Shown piece by piece: positions 43,495 to 53,505 of a stretch of DNA of 64,000 nucleotides; the stretch's first letter is position 1, and every line of letters begins with the position of its first letter. A program made the translations under genes and the position numbers. This stretch comes from an uncultured Ruminococcus sp. (lineage in GTDB: Bacteria > Bacillota > Clostridia > Oscillospirales > Acutalibacteraceae). The notes under the pieces are model-generated. The model was not told the DNA's origin and did no database searches. It saw only the letters and a program-made list of their open reading frames with translations. The stretch spans positions 14,241-78,240 of the forward strand of contig CACXMR010000004.1 of the NCBI GenBank assembly GCA_902768825.1, given 5' to 3'.

Positions 43495-43908
43495 CTGTCA
43501 TCCCTCCTTGTAGGCTTTATCTTTATCGTTTGTTATATTTTAAATTATTGATATAAATCCGATGTGAAAATAAAATGAAAATAAAATGAATTGTATCTGA
43601 AAAGATTTCAAGATATTGCTAAATTATAAGTATTACATTATTTTCCTGAACGGAGCCGTAATATATCAAAAAATGCTGAGAATAATAATATCACAGCCAT
43701 ATAGTTGATGCGGCCAAGCACAGAGAACATCATTACCCTGAGCTTCACCGTATCAAATCTTAGGTGAGATCAGGGTCTAAGGCTGCTTTTCAGAGTTATC
43801 CTATCAAACAAAGCTTGCATAAGACGACTGATCCCCTGAATTGTCTTTGAAAAATAAAGACTGACGCAATGGATCATGGCTGTAAAAATTTAAAAAGGAG
43901 CAGTTCTT

Positions 43909-44112
43909 ATGTCAAGCAATAATAACAGCAGCAACTCTATCAACGTCCCCGAAGCAAGACAGGCAATGGATCAGTTTAAGATGGAGTGTGCAAACGAGGT
44001 CGGCGTGAACCTTAAGCAGGGCTACAACGGAGACCTGACATCCCGTCAGGCAGGCTCAGTGGGCGGACAGATGGTCAAGAAAATGATCGAGGCTTACGAA
44101 AAGAGTATGTAA
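43909..44112 (+). CDS. Alpha/beta-type small acid-soluble spore protein
   Basis: 67 aa. EARQAMDQFKMECANEVGV and GSVGGQMVKKMIE motifs. AAAGGAG RBS. Confidence 0.9.
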   Translation: MSSNNNSSNSINVPEARQAMDQFKMECANEVGVNLKQGYNGDLTSRQAGSVGGQMVKKMIEAYEKSM

Positions 44113-44136
44113 TCCGGCTTTTGCCAAGCATTAAAA

Positions 44137-44174
44137 AAATCACCCTCACAGAAATTAATCTGCGGGGGTGATTT
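44137..44174. terminator. Bidirectional terminator between the SASP gene and glnN
   Basis: AAATCACCC / GGGTGATTT stem with a ~20-nt loop. A7 upstream. Confidence 0.6.
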
Positions 44175-44204
44175 CCCTTTGTTGTATGATAGATCTCATC
44201 AGGC

Positions 44205-46292
44205 TCAGACGCTGAAAAGCATAGCTCCATAAGAAGGATAGGGCCAGAGTGTTGCTGACATATTTGATTCCATCTCATCAGCCACAGCACGCAGCTCCTG
44301 CATTGTGTTAAGGACGCTTTCCTTGTAGTACATTGCATTTTCAGCAACGCCCTCCACATCCTTAGCTCCCACAACAGCCTTGTCAAGATCGTCTATCCTG
44401 CTCATAAAGCATGAGAGCAGTCTGGAAAGCTTTTTGAGCAGATCCATCTCCGGTGCAGGAACAAGATTTCCGTCTATAGCCTTCAGCAGAGTAACTGTCT
44501 CGGCAAGCTCCTTGATATATGCCGTAACTGCCGGAACAATATCCTTCTTTGCCATATCGAGAGCAGTAAGTGCCTCGATATTTACTATCTTTGAATAGTT
44601 TTCGAGAATGATCTCAGTCCTGGAGCGAAGCTCGACTTCGGTATAAATCCCGTATTTACCAAACAGCTTGATATTCTTCTCATCTGTATAGTGAGGCAGT
44701 GCCTCAGGAAGAGAACGGAAATTGAGGAGTCCTCTCTTCTTTGCCTCAGCGACCCACTCCTCAGAATAGTTATCGCCATTGAAAATGATCCTCTTATGCT
44801 CCAGAAGAGTCCTTCTCACCAGCTCCTCTGCAGCGGCTCTCACATCCTCCTTGGTCTCAAGCTCATCGGCAAAATCGCAAAGAGCGTCAGCCACAATAGT
44901 ATTTATAATGGTGTTGGTGCAAGCTATGTTTTCAGCAGAGCCTACCATCCTGAACTCAAACTTATTACCTGTGAAGGCAAAGGGAGATGTACGGTTACGG
45001 TCAGAGGTGTCCTTTACAAAGTTAGGAAGCACACCCGCATTAGTCTCCATGATCTGATCGTTTCTCTTAGTATAAGTCTCGTTATACATAATTGAACGCA
45101 GAACCTCGGAAAGATCGTCGCCAAGATACATTGATATAATCGCAGGAGGAGCCTCGTTTCCGCCGAGACGATGATCGTTTCCTGCGCTTGCAACAGCTAT
45201 TCTGAGAAGATCCTGATGGTCGTCAGCAGCACGGATAACAGCGGCAAGAAAGACGAGGAACATGATATTCTCTCGTGGGTTGTTTGAAGGATCAAGAAGG
45301 TTTTTGCCTGTATTGGTGGACATTGACCAGTTATTGTGCTTGCCTGAGCCGTTGACTCCGGCAAAGGGCTTTTCGTGAAGGAGGCAGACAAGGCCATGCT
45401 TATCGGCTATATCCTTCATTGTTGCCATTGTGAGCTGGTTATGATCGGTAGCTATGTTTGAAGAATCAAAAATGGGAGCAAGCTCATGCTGTGCGGGAGC
45501 AACCTCATTATGCTTTGTTTTGGCATAGATGCCGTATTTCCAGAGAGCCTCGTCAAGCTCCTTCATATATGCAGAGACTCTCGGCTTTATTGTGCCAAAA
45601 TAATGGTCGTCAAGCTCCTGACCTTTGGGAGGTCTTGCACCAAAGAGAGTTCTGCCGCAGTAGATGAGATCCTTGCGCTTTTTGAATATCTCCTTATCCA
45701 CAAGGAAATACTCCTGCTCGGGGCCCACTGTTGTAATGACTCTTTCTGTCTCGGTGTCACCAAAGACACGAAGTATCCTGAGTGCCTGGACATTCATTAC
45801 CTCCATCGAACGAAGAAGCGGAGTCTTTTTGTCAAGTATCTCACCGGTGTAGGAACAGAACGCTGTGGGAATGCAAAGAGAGCCGTCCTTGATAAAAGCA
45901 TAGGAGCTGGGATCCCAGGCAGTGTAGCCTCTTGCCTCAAAGGTAGCACGGATGCCGCCGGAAGGAAAGCTTGAAGCATCAGGTTCACCCTTGATGAGTT
46001 CCTTGCCCGAAAACTCCATAATGACTCCGCCGCCCTCTGTGGGAGTGATAAAGCTGTCATGCTTTTCGGCTGTGATGCCTGTCATAGGCTGGAACCAATG
46101 AGTGTAGTGTGTAGCTCCGTGCTCCAGCGCCCACTCCTTCATGGAATGCGCCACTACGTTAGCGACACTGATGTCCAGAGCTTTGCCCTCCTCGATAGTC
46201 TTTTTCAGAGCCTTATAGGTTCCCTTGGGAAGACGTTCCTTCATAGCTGCATCATTGAACACAAGACTGCCAAAAATCTCAGGCACCTTCAT
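44205..46292 (-). CDS. glnN: Type III glutamine synthetase
   Basis: About 695 aa. The N-terminus [29 protein letters not shown] and length are characteristic of GSIII. GGAGAG RBS upstream of the ATG at 46292. Confidence 0.9.
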   Translation of the reverse strand: MKVPEIFGSLVFNDAAMKERLPKGTYKALKKTIEEGKALDISVANVVAHSMKEWALEHGATHYTHWFQPMTGITAEKHDSFITPTEGGGVIMEFSGKELIKGEPDASSFPSGGIRATFEARGYTAWDPSSYAFIKDGSLCIPTAFCSYTGEILDKKTPLLRSMEVMNVQALRILRVFGDTETERVITTVGPEQEYFLVDKEIFKKRKDLIYCGRTLFGARPPKGQELDDHYFGTIKPRVSAYMKELDEALWKYGIYAKTKHNEVAPAQHELAPIFDSSNIATDHNQLTMATMKDIADKHGLVCLLHEKPFAGVNGSGKHNNWSMSTNTGKNLLDPSNNPRENIMFLVFLAAVIRAADDHQDLLRIAVASAGNDHRLGGNEAPPAIISMYLGDDLSEVLRSIMYNETYTKRNDQIMETNAGVLPNFVKDTSDRNRTSPFAFTGNKFEFRMVGSAENIACTNTIINTIVADALCDFADELETKEDVRAAAEELVRRTLLEHKRIIFNGDNYSEEWVAEAKKRGLLNFRSLPEALPHYTDEKNIKLFGKYGIYTEVELRSRTEIILENYSKIVNIEALTALDMAKKDIVPAVTAYIKELAETVTLLKAIDGNLVPAPEMDLLKKLSRLLSCFMSRIDDLDKAVVGAKDVEGVAENAMYYKESVLNTMQELRAVADEMESNMSATLWPYPSYGAMLFSV

Positions 46293-46333
46293 TAAGATAC
46301 ACTCTCCATTCAATACAAATTGGTAATTTTTGT

Positions 46334-46380
46334 AAATAAAAAGAGCGCAGCAGACCGACATTTATCGACCTACAGCGCCC
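46334..46380 (-). terminator. Intrinsic terminator inside the glnN 5' leader
   Basis: Minus strand: GGGCGCTGTAGGTCGA-TAAATG-TCGGTCTGCTGCGCTC (16 pairs including G-U pairs, one mismatch) followed by TTTTTATTT. Lies ~45 nt before the glnN ATG. Confidence 0.7.
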
Positions 46381-46397
46381 TTGCTGTCATTGATTGA

Positions 46398-46426
46398 ATT
46401 ATAAAACACAAAGCTTTTATTGTCAA
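46398..46426 (-). promoter_or_regulatory. glnN promoter
   Basis: Minus strand: TTGACA (46426-46421), 17-nt spacer, TATAAT (46403-46398). Confidence 0.7.
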
Positions 46427-46602
46427 CCTGAAAGTCGAATTATCTGATTTTTCAGAGATTGATATAGTTTTTATTCTCATTTTATATTACTTTTATGTTA
46501 AAATGACCTTGTAACTTCTTTGTAAATTGACTTTTTTGTGGTGTTGTACTATAATTTATTACTAAGAAAGCAAACGGATAATAATATTTATTGGAGGCTG
46601 CC

Positions 46603-49365
46603 ATGCCAAGGAGCTTTTTTTACAGTATAAATCTATTGATAAAAAGTGACTCTCATCTGAATAAAGCTATATCCTCTGTCGTTGCGGATGAAGCGTTTTT
46701 TCTTGAGCACGTCCAGTTGATTCTTATTGATTCTCTGTGCAGTGAACAGAGTCTTTCTGTCTGCTCAGAATTCAACAAAAAGTATCCTAACAATGTGTAT
46801 TTTGTTGACGCCGCAGGAAAATCCGAAGCCTCCGCTTATAATGATGCAAGGATGCTTAATTTCGGAAAATATATTGCATATATAGATAATTACAGCGAGT
46901 ATTCACCAAAGACTCTCAGCACCCTTCAGAGCGGGACTCTCAAGTCACTGAAGATTCCGCTGCTGTGTATAGAGCCTATGATTTCTCCTCCGGGTGAAGA
47001 GCCGAGAGCCTATACAAAAGAAATACCTAAAGGCCTCATCAAACTAAAGGAAACACCGGATAAGTTTATACTCATGCTTGGTTGCTGGTTCTTCCGAAGA
47101 AAAATAGCAGAAATGCTGGTCTTTGATGAGGAAATACCCTTTCAGGCTGACGCAAAGTTTATATGTGAGGCACTATTGCAGACTTATTCATACATATTCA
47201 TCGACAACCATAAGTATACAACCACACTGCCGTCTGACCATGATATGTTCAGATATGTTCCTCAATACAGCAGGTTTTTTTACACTCAGTCCATCAGCTC
47301 TCTTGTCATCCCCACACTCATCAGCTATCCAGGCTCTGCCTTGGCACAGTCGATGATGATGTATCTCATTTGCAGCAGATTTGCACTTAATTCTGACGAG
47401 AAATATAAGCACGTAATAATCGGAAGCTTTGTTGATGAGTTTCTCGATAAGGTTTCGGAAGCACTGAAGTATATCGACAACTCCATTATTCTCAACAGGA
47501 ACATCTACAGGCTGTGCGGTCTTGACGAGGAGATGCCCTTCAGGATGCTGAGGCTGAAATATAAGCAGCCGGATCTGAATCCCACTATCGACCTTGTTCT
47601 TCCCAAGGACCAGGCTGAAAAAAGCTATTACAACTCCTGCATACGGCTGGAAAAAACTGTCCTCAGCGGTGAATTTACAGCCCACCATGAGCTTGCCGTG
47701 GTAGGAACTTCGAGAGACATTACGGCGAACATCACAGCAATCAACTATGACTCTGACGGTCTTTATATTGACGCAACCCTTAACGGATGCTCTTATCTTG
47801 ACGAGGGCACCTTCAGGATCTTCGTCAACGTAAACGGCGAGCGCAGATCAGTTATCAGCTCTCAGGTTTACACCCTGAGGAAATGCTTTGATATCCCATT
47901 CCTCAAGAGATACTCATTCCGGTTTTTTGTTCCTGTGAGCAGCGGAAAGACCATCGATACCGCCTATCTGATAATGAAATATCAAAACCTTTCATTCAGG
48001 ATAGGAATGACCTTTGACGGAATATTCTCCAGACTCTCCACGGAGCTTAAAAACAGCTACTGGAACTTCAGGGACAGAGTTATGCTATATGACCGCAAGT
48101 CTCAATCCTTGGTTATCAGAAGAGCCACAAACAGTCTGCTGAGAATGTGTGAGGCAAAGTTTATGTCTGAAGCGGGATCAAGGGTCACGCTACAGGAATC
48201 CCTATACTACAGACAGCTGCGCAAGAGCATCAAAAACACCGCAGAAGAAAAAACCGACAGCAAATACCTGCTCTTCTATGACGAGCTTGGTATTAATTCA
48301 AACGGAAACATTCTGTTCAGATATTTTTCTAAGCACATCAACAACGACAAAGCAGAAATATTCTATGGTGCAAGGGGCGGCTCGGCGGAGTATGAATTTC
48401 TTATGTCCGGGGAATACAGCGGTGTTCTGGAGCTTGGCTCAAAAAAATCAAAGATAATTGCCGCCTGTGCGGATATCATTTTTGCCACCGACTGCGATGT
48501 GTATGAATCACTCATGTTCAGCAGCACGGACATTATGTTCCTTAAAGATCTCATTAGCGCACAAATCGTTTCTGTCAAGGATTTCTTCATTACCTATGCA
48601 ACTGCACAGTTTGATAACCGCCTGAGAGACAACACTCAATTGTTCTTCTGTTCCTCGGAAAAGGAAAAGGAGCACATCACAAAGGGTATATATGACTATG
48701 ATGAATCTATGATAAAGATTACAGGATACCCGATACTTGACACCCTAAGCAGTAATCCGGAAAAACTTATTCTCATAGCACCAGGAGACAGGAGGCAATT
48801 CTGTATTTACGATAATTCTGACTTTTACCGTTTTTCAGAGAGCCGGTTTTTCAGACTGTATAATGACATACTGACCGATCCCAATCTGCGCAGTGCCCTG
48901 AAGGAAAGGGGCTATCGTATCGCTGTCATAATGCCTTTTACTATAGACAAGTATATCAATCTTTTCCACAGTGACGAGCTTGTCGCGTTATATCACAGCG
49001 ATGACATTAACGAAAACGAATTGATAAAAAAGGCATCCGTCCTGATAACGGACTACTCCGATCTGCAGTTCAAATTCTCATATCTTGACAAGCCTGTAGT
49101 TTATTATTTCCCCCACGGCCTTCCCGTTCAGCAGGAGTATAAAAACGAGGGACTTGCCAAAAACAGCTTCGGCAAGCTGTTCTTTGAACACGATACTCTT
49201 ATAGCACACCTTATTTCTGAGATGGGGAAAGATTTTCCACAATCAGAGCACTATTCACGGATGAACAAGGAATTTTTCAAATTTCACGACAACCACAACT
49301 GTCGCAGGATACTCCGTTCAGTAAAGAGCTCATTCCTTGGAAGCATATTCAAAAACGAGGAATAA
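46603..49365 (+). CDS. Bifunctional-looking GT2-like / CDP-glycerol glycerophosphotransferase (TagF/TagB-family) protein
   Basis: N-terminal ~230 aa GT-A/GT2-like. C-terminal Glyphos_transf-like signatures (ITGYPILDTL, VLITDYSDLQFKFSYLDKPVVYYFPH). GGAGG 5 nt before the ATG at 46603. Confidence 0.75.
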   Translation: MPRSFFYSINLLIKSDSHLNKAISSVVADEAFFLEHVQLILIDSLCSEQSLSVCSEFNKKYPNNVYFVDAAGKSEASAYNDARMLNFGKYIAYIDNYSEYSPKTLSTLQSGTLKSLKIPLLCIEPMISPPGEEPRAYTKEIPKGLIKLKETPDKFILMLGCWFFRRKIAEMLVFDEEIPFQADAKFICEALLQTYSYIFIDNHKYTTTLPSDHDMFRYVPQYSRFFYTQSISSLVIPTLISYPGSALAQSMMMYLICSRFALNSDEKYKHVIIGSFVDEFLDKVSEALKYIDNSIILNRNIYRLCGLDEEMPFRMLRLKYKQPDLNPTIDLVLPKDQAEKSYYNSCIRLEKTVLSGEFTAHHELAVVGTSRDITANITAINYDSDGLYIDATLNGCSYLDEGTFRIFVNVNGERRSVISSQVYTLRKCFDIPFLKRYSFRFFVPVSSGKTIDTAYLIMKYQNLSFRIGMTFDGIFSRLSTELKNSYWNFRDRVMLYDRKSQSLVIRRATNSLLRMCEAKFMSEAGSRVTLQESLYYRQLRKSIKNTAEEKTDSKYLLFYDELGINSNGNILFRYFSKHINNDKAEIFYGARGGSAEYEFLMSGEYSGVLELGSKKSKIIAACADIIFATDCDVYESLMFSSTDIMFLKDLISAQIVSVKDFFITYATAQFDNRLRDNTQLFFCSSEKEKEHITKGIYDYDESMIKITGYPILDTLSSNPEKLILIAPGDRRQFCIYDNSDFYRFSESRFFRLYNDILTDPNLRSALKERGYRIAVIMPFTIDKYINLFHSDELVALYHSDDINENELIKKASVLITDYSDLQFKFSYLDKPVVYYFPHGLPVQQEYKNEGLAKNSFGKLFFEHDTLIAHLISEMGKDFPQSEHYSRMNKEFFKFHDNHNCRRILRSVKSSFLGSIFKNEE

Positions 49366-49370
49366 AAAAA

Positions 49371-49406
49371 GGGGATGTCGCCATTCAAAATGGGACATTC
49401 CCTTTT
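49371..49406. terminator. Bidirectional terminator between convergent genes
   Basis: GGGGATGTC / GACATTCCC stem. A7 upstream and TTTT downstream. Confidence 0.7.
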
Positions 49407-49429
49407 AGTCTGTTTATGAGGGGCTGATA

Positions 49430-50299
49430 TCAGAACAGCGACATCAGGCGTATAAAAAACGAATCGCCATTCGGGTTATTGAAATAACTGAACATAAAAT
49501 ATACCAATGCCGCCATAAGAAACACCGAAGACAAAATCATATAGGCTCGTGCAAAGGAACGTATGCTTTTGTCGGTTCTCGGAGAAAAAGAAAACAAAAG
49601 CGCGAAAAAAACGTTTACTATAGGAAGAATGAATAACAGCTGCAGACCCAACGCTTTTGCTGTGGTAAGGGGCTTTCGGGAGGCTCCGGAGGCATCAGCC
49701 TTTTTCTTGCTCTCGGTGATATAATCAGCCAAAAGGCGTTTGGTGCGTTCATCAGCCTGTTGCTCAAGGATATCAATAGTTTCACCGTCGAACACCTTGT
49801 GAAAAGGAGGCTTACACAGAGCTTCCACCTCCATGCGGGTCCGTTCACGCCGATAGAGCTCCTCTGCCACATCATAGACAATGCCAAAGGACTGATATGA
49901 ACGTCTGTTGTCCGAATAGGAGTAAAGGTCGTTGCTCCTGGCATATTCATCTGCCGCAGTGACCTGCTGGTCTGCTTTACCGCATGACTCACTGTCAGCA
50001 GTTTCTTCATGGGACTGCTCGTCGGATTCAGTCTCAAACGGTTTCCTCTCCTTGGGAAGCGAGTCCGCAGCTTTCTTCTCCGCTGACTCAAACAGCAGAG
50101 TAAGACACCCCTTCTCCCCTGTCGCTTCATCGGCCACGGTGTCGTATGTAAGACCCATGTGACCCGTCCTGGCTTTTTTTCGCTTTTTCCTGTCCGCAGC
50201 GGGTTGCTCAACGTATTCAACGGCAGGCAGTCCGGTGTCATCTATCTCCACCGAAAATACAGCTTCTTGATATTGCTCGTCAATAGTTTTGCAAGGCAT
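49430..50299 (-). CDS. Hypothetical membrane protein (acidic soluble N-terminal part, two C-terminal TM helices)
   Basis: GGAGGG RBS upstream of the ATG at 50299. No family recognised. TM helices LGLQLLFILPIVNVFFALLFSF and YMILSSVFLMAALVYFMFSYF. Confidence 0.55.
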   Translation of the reverse strand: MPCKTIDEQYQEAVFSVEIDDTGLPAVEYVEQPAADRKKRKKARTGHMGLTYDTVADEATGEKGCLTLLFESAEKKAADSLPKERKPFETESDEQSHEETADSESCGKADQQVTAADEYARSNDLYSYSDNRRSYQSFGIVYDVAEELYRRERTRMEVEALCKPPFHKVFDGETIDILEQQADERTKRLLADYITESKKKADASGASRKPLTTAKALGLQLLFILPIVNVFFALLFSFSPRTDKSIRSFARAYMILSSVFLMAALVYFMFSYFNNPNGDSFFIRLMSLF

Positions 50300-50348
50300 A
50301 ATGACCCTCCGAAACGATATTCGGCAGGGAAGCGCTCATCAATGCTTC

Positions 50349-51620
50349 TCAGAATCGGTTCATCACAAATCCCGTGATAAGCTTCGGATAGAAATAGGTG
50401 GATTTCTGGGGCATTTTTTCTCCTGCTGCCGCCACATCACGGATCTCAGTAACCTTTGTAGGATTGAGTATAAAGGCACACTGGGCTTTGCCGGATCTTA
50501 CGCTGTCAACAGCATCATTAAACTGCTTGACATAGGTAAGGTTGATCTGCTTTGCCATGTTCTCTGCGTCGATGCCCAGGATTTTTTCAAGCACAAGAGT
50601 GTGAAGTACCGTAACATCCAATCCCTGAGATGCAGCACTCTTTTCGGGAAGAAGCTTAGCAAGCACGTCAGTATCCCTGAGCACCAGAAGCTCATAGCCC
50701 TTTCCGCCGCTGTAAAAAGCAAAGGCCTTCTTTCCCTGGTCATAAAGCTCCTTGAGATCAGCTTCAGCCTCTGATACATCATCCTTCTCGGAAACATCAA
50801 AGTATTCTCTGCATCCCTCTATCAGCTTGTCGCTGTCAAAGCTCTCCAGATCCCTCACGATCCTGTGCGTGGGCAGCACAACAAGACCCGGATGCTCCAT
50901 ATCCACCAGCATCATCATCACATAATCCTCAGCACCGCTGCCCTTGTTGTTCTCACGGCAATAATTCCGATAGTTAAGGGCAGTCTCATAACGATGATGG
51001 CCGTCTGCAATGTAGAGCTTCTTGTCTGCAAAAGCGGCGCAGATAGCTTCTGTCTCTTTCTTGTCAGTAACGATCCAGAGTCTGTGAGTGACCTCATCGC
51101 TGTCAGTGATCTCATAAACAGGCTTTGATGTGGAAAGCTCATCCAGCTTCTTTGTTACAAAGTGTTGAGGATCCATATAAAGCGAATAGATCTGACTGAA
51201 GTTGCAGTCGGTTGCCTTCATCAGATTAAACCTGTCCTCCTTGGCCTTAGAGAGAGTCTCCTCATGGGGAAGCACGATTCCTTTTGAAAACTCCTCAAGC
51301 TTTACCCTGACTATACAGCCCTTAAAGCTTGTGTGAAGTCCGTTTACGGTAAACTCTTCCTCATAAATATATATACCCTCCTGCTCATCCTGCATCAGGA
51401 TACCTTCTTCAAGCCATTTGTTAAGTGTAGCTCCGGCCTCATTGTAAGGATCCTCGCCCTTTGGAAGCTCCAGTCTGATGATGTTGTTGGGGTTCTTGCT
51501 GAGATAACCTAATCTCTGCTCCTCACTGATGATATCATAGGGCGGGCAAACCAACTCACTGATATCACCTGCATTATCCGTATTGAATCTCAGTGCCCTG
51601 AAAGGCCTTATCTCTGCCAT
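50349..51620 (-). CDS. DUF1015-family protein
   Basis: N-terminus MAEIRPFRALRFN...VCPPYDIISEEQR is the DUF1015 hallmark. AAGGAGAGG RBS upstream of the ATG at 51620. Confidence 0.85.
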   Translation of the reverse strand: MAEIRPFRALRFNTDNAGDISELVCPPYDIISEEQRLGYLSKNPNNIIRLELPKGEDPYNEAGATLNKWLEEGILMQDEQEGIYIYEEEFTVNGLHTSFKGCIVRVKLEEFSKGIVLPHEETLSKAKEDRFNLMKATDCNFSQIYSLYMDPQHFVTKKLDELSTSKPVYEITDSDEVTHRLWIVTDKKETEAICAAFADKKLYIADGHHRYETALNYRNYCRENNKGSGAEDYVMMMLVDMEHPGLVVLPTHRIVRDLESFDSDKLIEGCREYFDVSEKDDVSEAEADLKELYDQGKKAFAFYSGGKGYELLVLRDTDVLAKLLPEKSAASQGLDVTVLHTLVLEKILGIDAENMAKQINLTYVKQFNDAVDSVRSGKAQCAFILNPTKVTEIRDVAAAGEKMPQKSTYFYPKLITGFVMNRF

Positions 51621-51790
51621 TGTCAATCCTCTCCTTTTTTATTTTGGAATAGCTGAGTACTATTTTACAATTTACAAGGAGTCATGTCAAGAGCTTTCTT
51701 TTTATAAGCGCTTCATTCTGCCGTGTTTTTATTATATATCATCCCGGATAAAAAACTGATTGAAAAATGTTGGATAGTATAATAGTGCCA

Positions 51791-51822
51791 AAATAAAAAC
51801 CGTACAGCATAAGCCGCACGGT
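51791..51822 (-). terminator. Terminator after the TSCPD gene
   Basis: ACCGTGC / GTACGGT stem on the minus strand, followed by TTTTTATTTT. Confidence 0.6.
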
Positions 51823-51831
51823 AAAAATAAA

Positions 51832-52080
51832 TTATTTTTCCATAGCCTTTTCCAGTGCAATAGCAAGCTGATCAGGACAAGAGGTGCCCCGGAAACCGCA
51901 CTGGATATTCTTACATCTCCTGATTACCTCTTCGGCCTTCATGCCATCTGCAAGAGCGGCTACTCCACGGGTATTGCCCATGCAGCCGCCATGGAAACGG
52001 ATATTCCTTACAATTCCATCCTCCAGTTCAAACTCGATCGAGCTGGAGCAGGTGGTTTTTGTCTTATAAGTATGCTTCAC
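51832..52080 (-). CDS. TIGR03905-type TSCPD-domain protein
   Basis: 82 aa with TCSSSIEF, FHGGCMGN and GTSCPDQLA motifs. GTG start. Confidence 0.8.
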   Translation of the reverse strand: MKHTYKTKTTCSSSIEFELEDGIVRNIRFHGGCMGNTRGVAALADGMKAEEVIRRCKNIQCGFRGTSCPDQLAIALEKAMEK

Positions 52081-52142
52081 GCTATCACCCCATCAATTTT
52101 GAGTAAAAGAAAACCGATGCCGCTAAGACATCGGTAAAACGA

Positions 52143-52394
52143 TCAATCGCTTGTATAAGGCATCAAAGCAAGGTATCTTGCACGCTTGATAGCAACAGTA
52201 AGCTCTCTCTGATGACGAGCGCAGGTGCCTGTTACTCTGCGGGGCAGGATCTTGGCTCTTTCAGATACGAAACGACGGAGCCTTGAAATGTCCTTATAAT
52301 CAATAACATCAACCTTGTCCACGCAGAATGCGCAAACCTTTTTGCGACCCTTGCGGCCGCCTCTGCGGTTGTCTCTCTCAGGTCTTTCAGCCAT
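52143..52394 (-). CDS. rpsR: 30S ribosomal protein S18
   Basis: [15 protein letters not shown]...LPRRVTG.CARHQR.L..AIKRAR. Confidence 0.95.
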   Translation of the reverse strand: MAERPERDNRRGGRKGRKKVCAFCVDKVDVIDYKDISRLRRFVSERAKILPRRVTGTCARHQRELTVAIKRARYLALMPYTSD

Positions 52395-52418
52395 TTGTAG
52401 TTCCTCCTTTTTAGTGTG

Positions 52419-52919
52419 TTAGAAAGGCAGATCAACATCATTGGGGAGCTCAAAAAAGTCTCCATCATCACCGTTGGTGTATGACGGCGTCGGCTTGGGT
52501 GCTTCCCGATATTCTGTGCTCTGCTTAGTGTCAGGCTGCGAATAACCGCTGGTTCTTTCTGAATCGCCGCTCCTGCCGGAATAGTTTCCCTTTCCGGAAT
52601 CGGACTTGGAATCACAAAACTCCACATTGTTCGCAAATACCTCAAAGGTATAACGCTTATTTCCTTCTTTGTCAGTAAAGGAGCCTGTCCTTATCTCGCC
52701 GGTGATAGCGATACGTCTGCCCTTTGCAAAATACTTGCAGACAAACTCGGCTGTCTGTCTCCATGCTGTGATGGTGATAAAATCAGCCTGGCGCTCTTCG
52801 CCCTGCTTGACAAAGTTTCTGTCTACTGCGATTGTGAATCTTGTGGTAGCGATACCTGACTGAGTATGCTTCAGCTCAGGGTCAGCGGTCAGTCTGCCAA
52901 TCAAAGATACGTTGTTCAT
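52419..52919 (-). CDS. ssb: Single-stranded DNA-binding protein
   Basis: N-terminal OB fold MNNVSLIGRLTADPELK. Gly/Ser-rich linker. Acidic tip DDGDFFELPNDVDLPF. Confidence 0.95.
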   Translation of the reverse strand: MNNVSLIGRLTADPELKHTQSGIATTRFTIAVDRNFVKQGEERQADFITITAWRQTAEFVCKYFAKGRRIAITGEIRTGSFTDKEGNKRYTFEVFANNVEFCDSKSDSGKGNYSGRSGDSERTSGYSQPDTKQSTEYREAPKPTPSYTNGDDGDFFELPNDVDLPF

Positions 52920-52933
52920 AAAACCCTCCTTGA

Positions 52934-53227
52934 TCAGGCTTCCTTCTTGATGATCATTGAACGGAGAACACCGTCAGTGATCTTTGTGATTCTGTCAAGC
53001 TCAGCAGGGAAAACTGCCTCTGACTTAAATGTGAAAAGAACGTAGTAAGCGTCTGTTTCCTTGTTGATGGGATATGCAAGTCTTCTCTTGCCCCACTCGT
53101 CAACGCTTTCCATTGTTGCGTGCTTTTCAATAAGGTCATTGAACTTCTTAACAGTATCAGCTACAGCCTCTTCTCCACGCTTAAGTGAAACTACGATAAC
53201 TGCTTCATAAGAATTGATAACTGCCAT
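52934..53227 (-). CDS. rpsF: 30S ribosomal protein S6
   Basis: MAVINSYEAVIVVS...RRLAYPI. GGAAGGAGG RBS upstream of the ATG at 53227. Confidence 0.92.
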   Translation of the reverse strand: MAVINSYEAVIVVSLKRGEEAVADTVKKFNDLIEKHATMESVDEWGKRRLAYPINKETDAYYVLFTFKSEAVFPAELDRITKITDGVLRSMIIKKEA

Positions 53228-53465
53228 TTGATTAACCTCCTTCCGGACTAATGACCCCTTTTTAAAGGGGTAAGGATAGTCATGCTTTTGCATAACATAT
53301 GAATTATATCACCCAATCGGGATGATGTCAAGTATATTCGACAAAAATCCAGTGAAATTAATTCTGTCCTGCCCCCCCGAACCCCCTTCCTAAAAAACTG
53401 ACTTAATTAAACGAAATAAAATATAATTAAAGCAAAACTGTATAAGCATGGATTATTTTAACTGA

Positions 53466-53500
53466 CAAAAAATTCGCCCCGGTATTTCTCCGGAGCGAAT
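53466..53500 (-). terminator. rpe terminator
   Basis: Minus strand: ATTCGCTCCGGAGAAATACCGGGGCGAAT hairpin followed by TTTTTTG. Confidence 0.75.
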
Positions 53501-53505
53501 AATGC

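Noticed and set aside
43736-43775. Imperfect hairpin CCCTGAGCTTCACC...GGTGAGATCAGGG in the 414-bp spacer upstream of the SASP gene. I considered it as a riboswitch or sRNA.
   Set aside because: I saw no match to any riboswitch core I know, no clear promoter or terminator around it, and no recognisable sigma-G/sigma-F promoter for the SASP gene that would anchor it.
52232-52645. 137-aa minus-strand ORF overlapping the rpsR and ssb reading frames.
   Set aside because: It is an out-of-frame overlap with two highly conserved genes, has no RBS, and its translation is unrecognisable.
53254-53271. Palindrome ACCCCTTTTTAAAGGGGT in the rpsF 5' UTR. It might be part of the S6:S18-binding autoregulatory leader.
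   Set aside because: I cannot match it by eye to the published rpsF leader structure. It needs a covariance-model search, so I did not report it as a feature.
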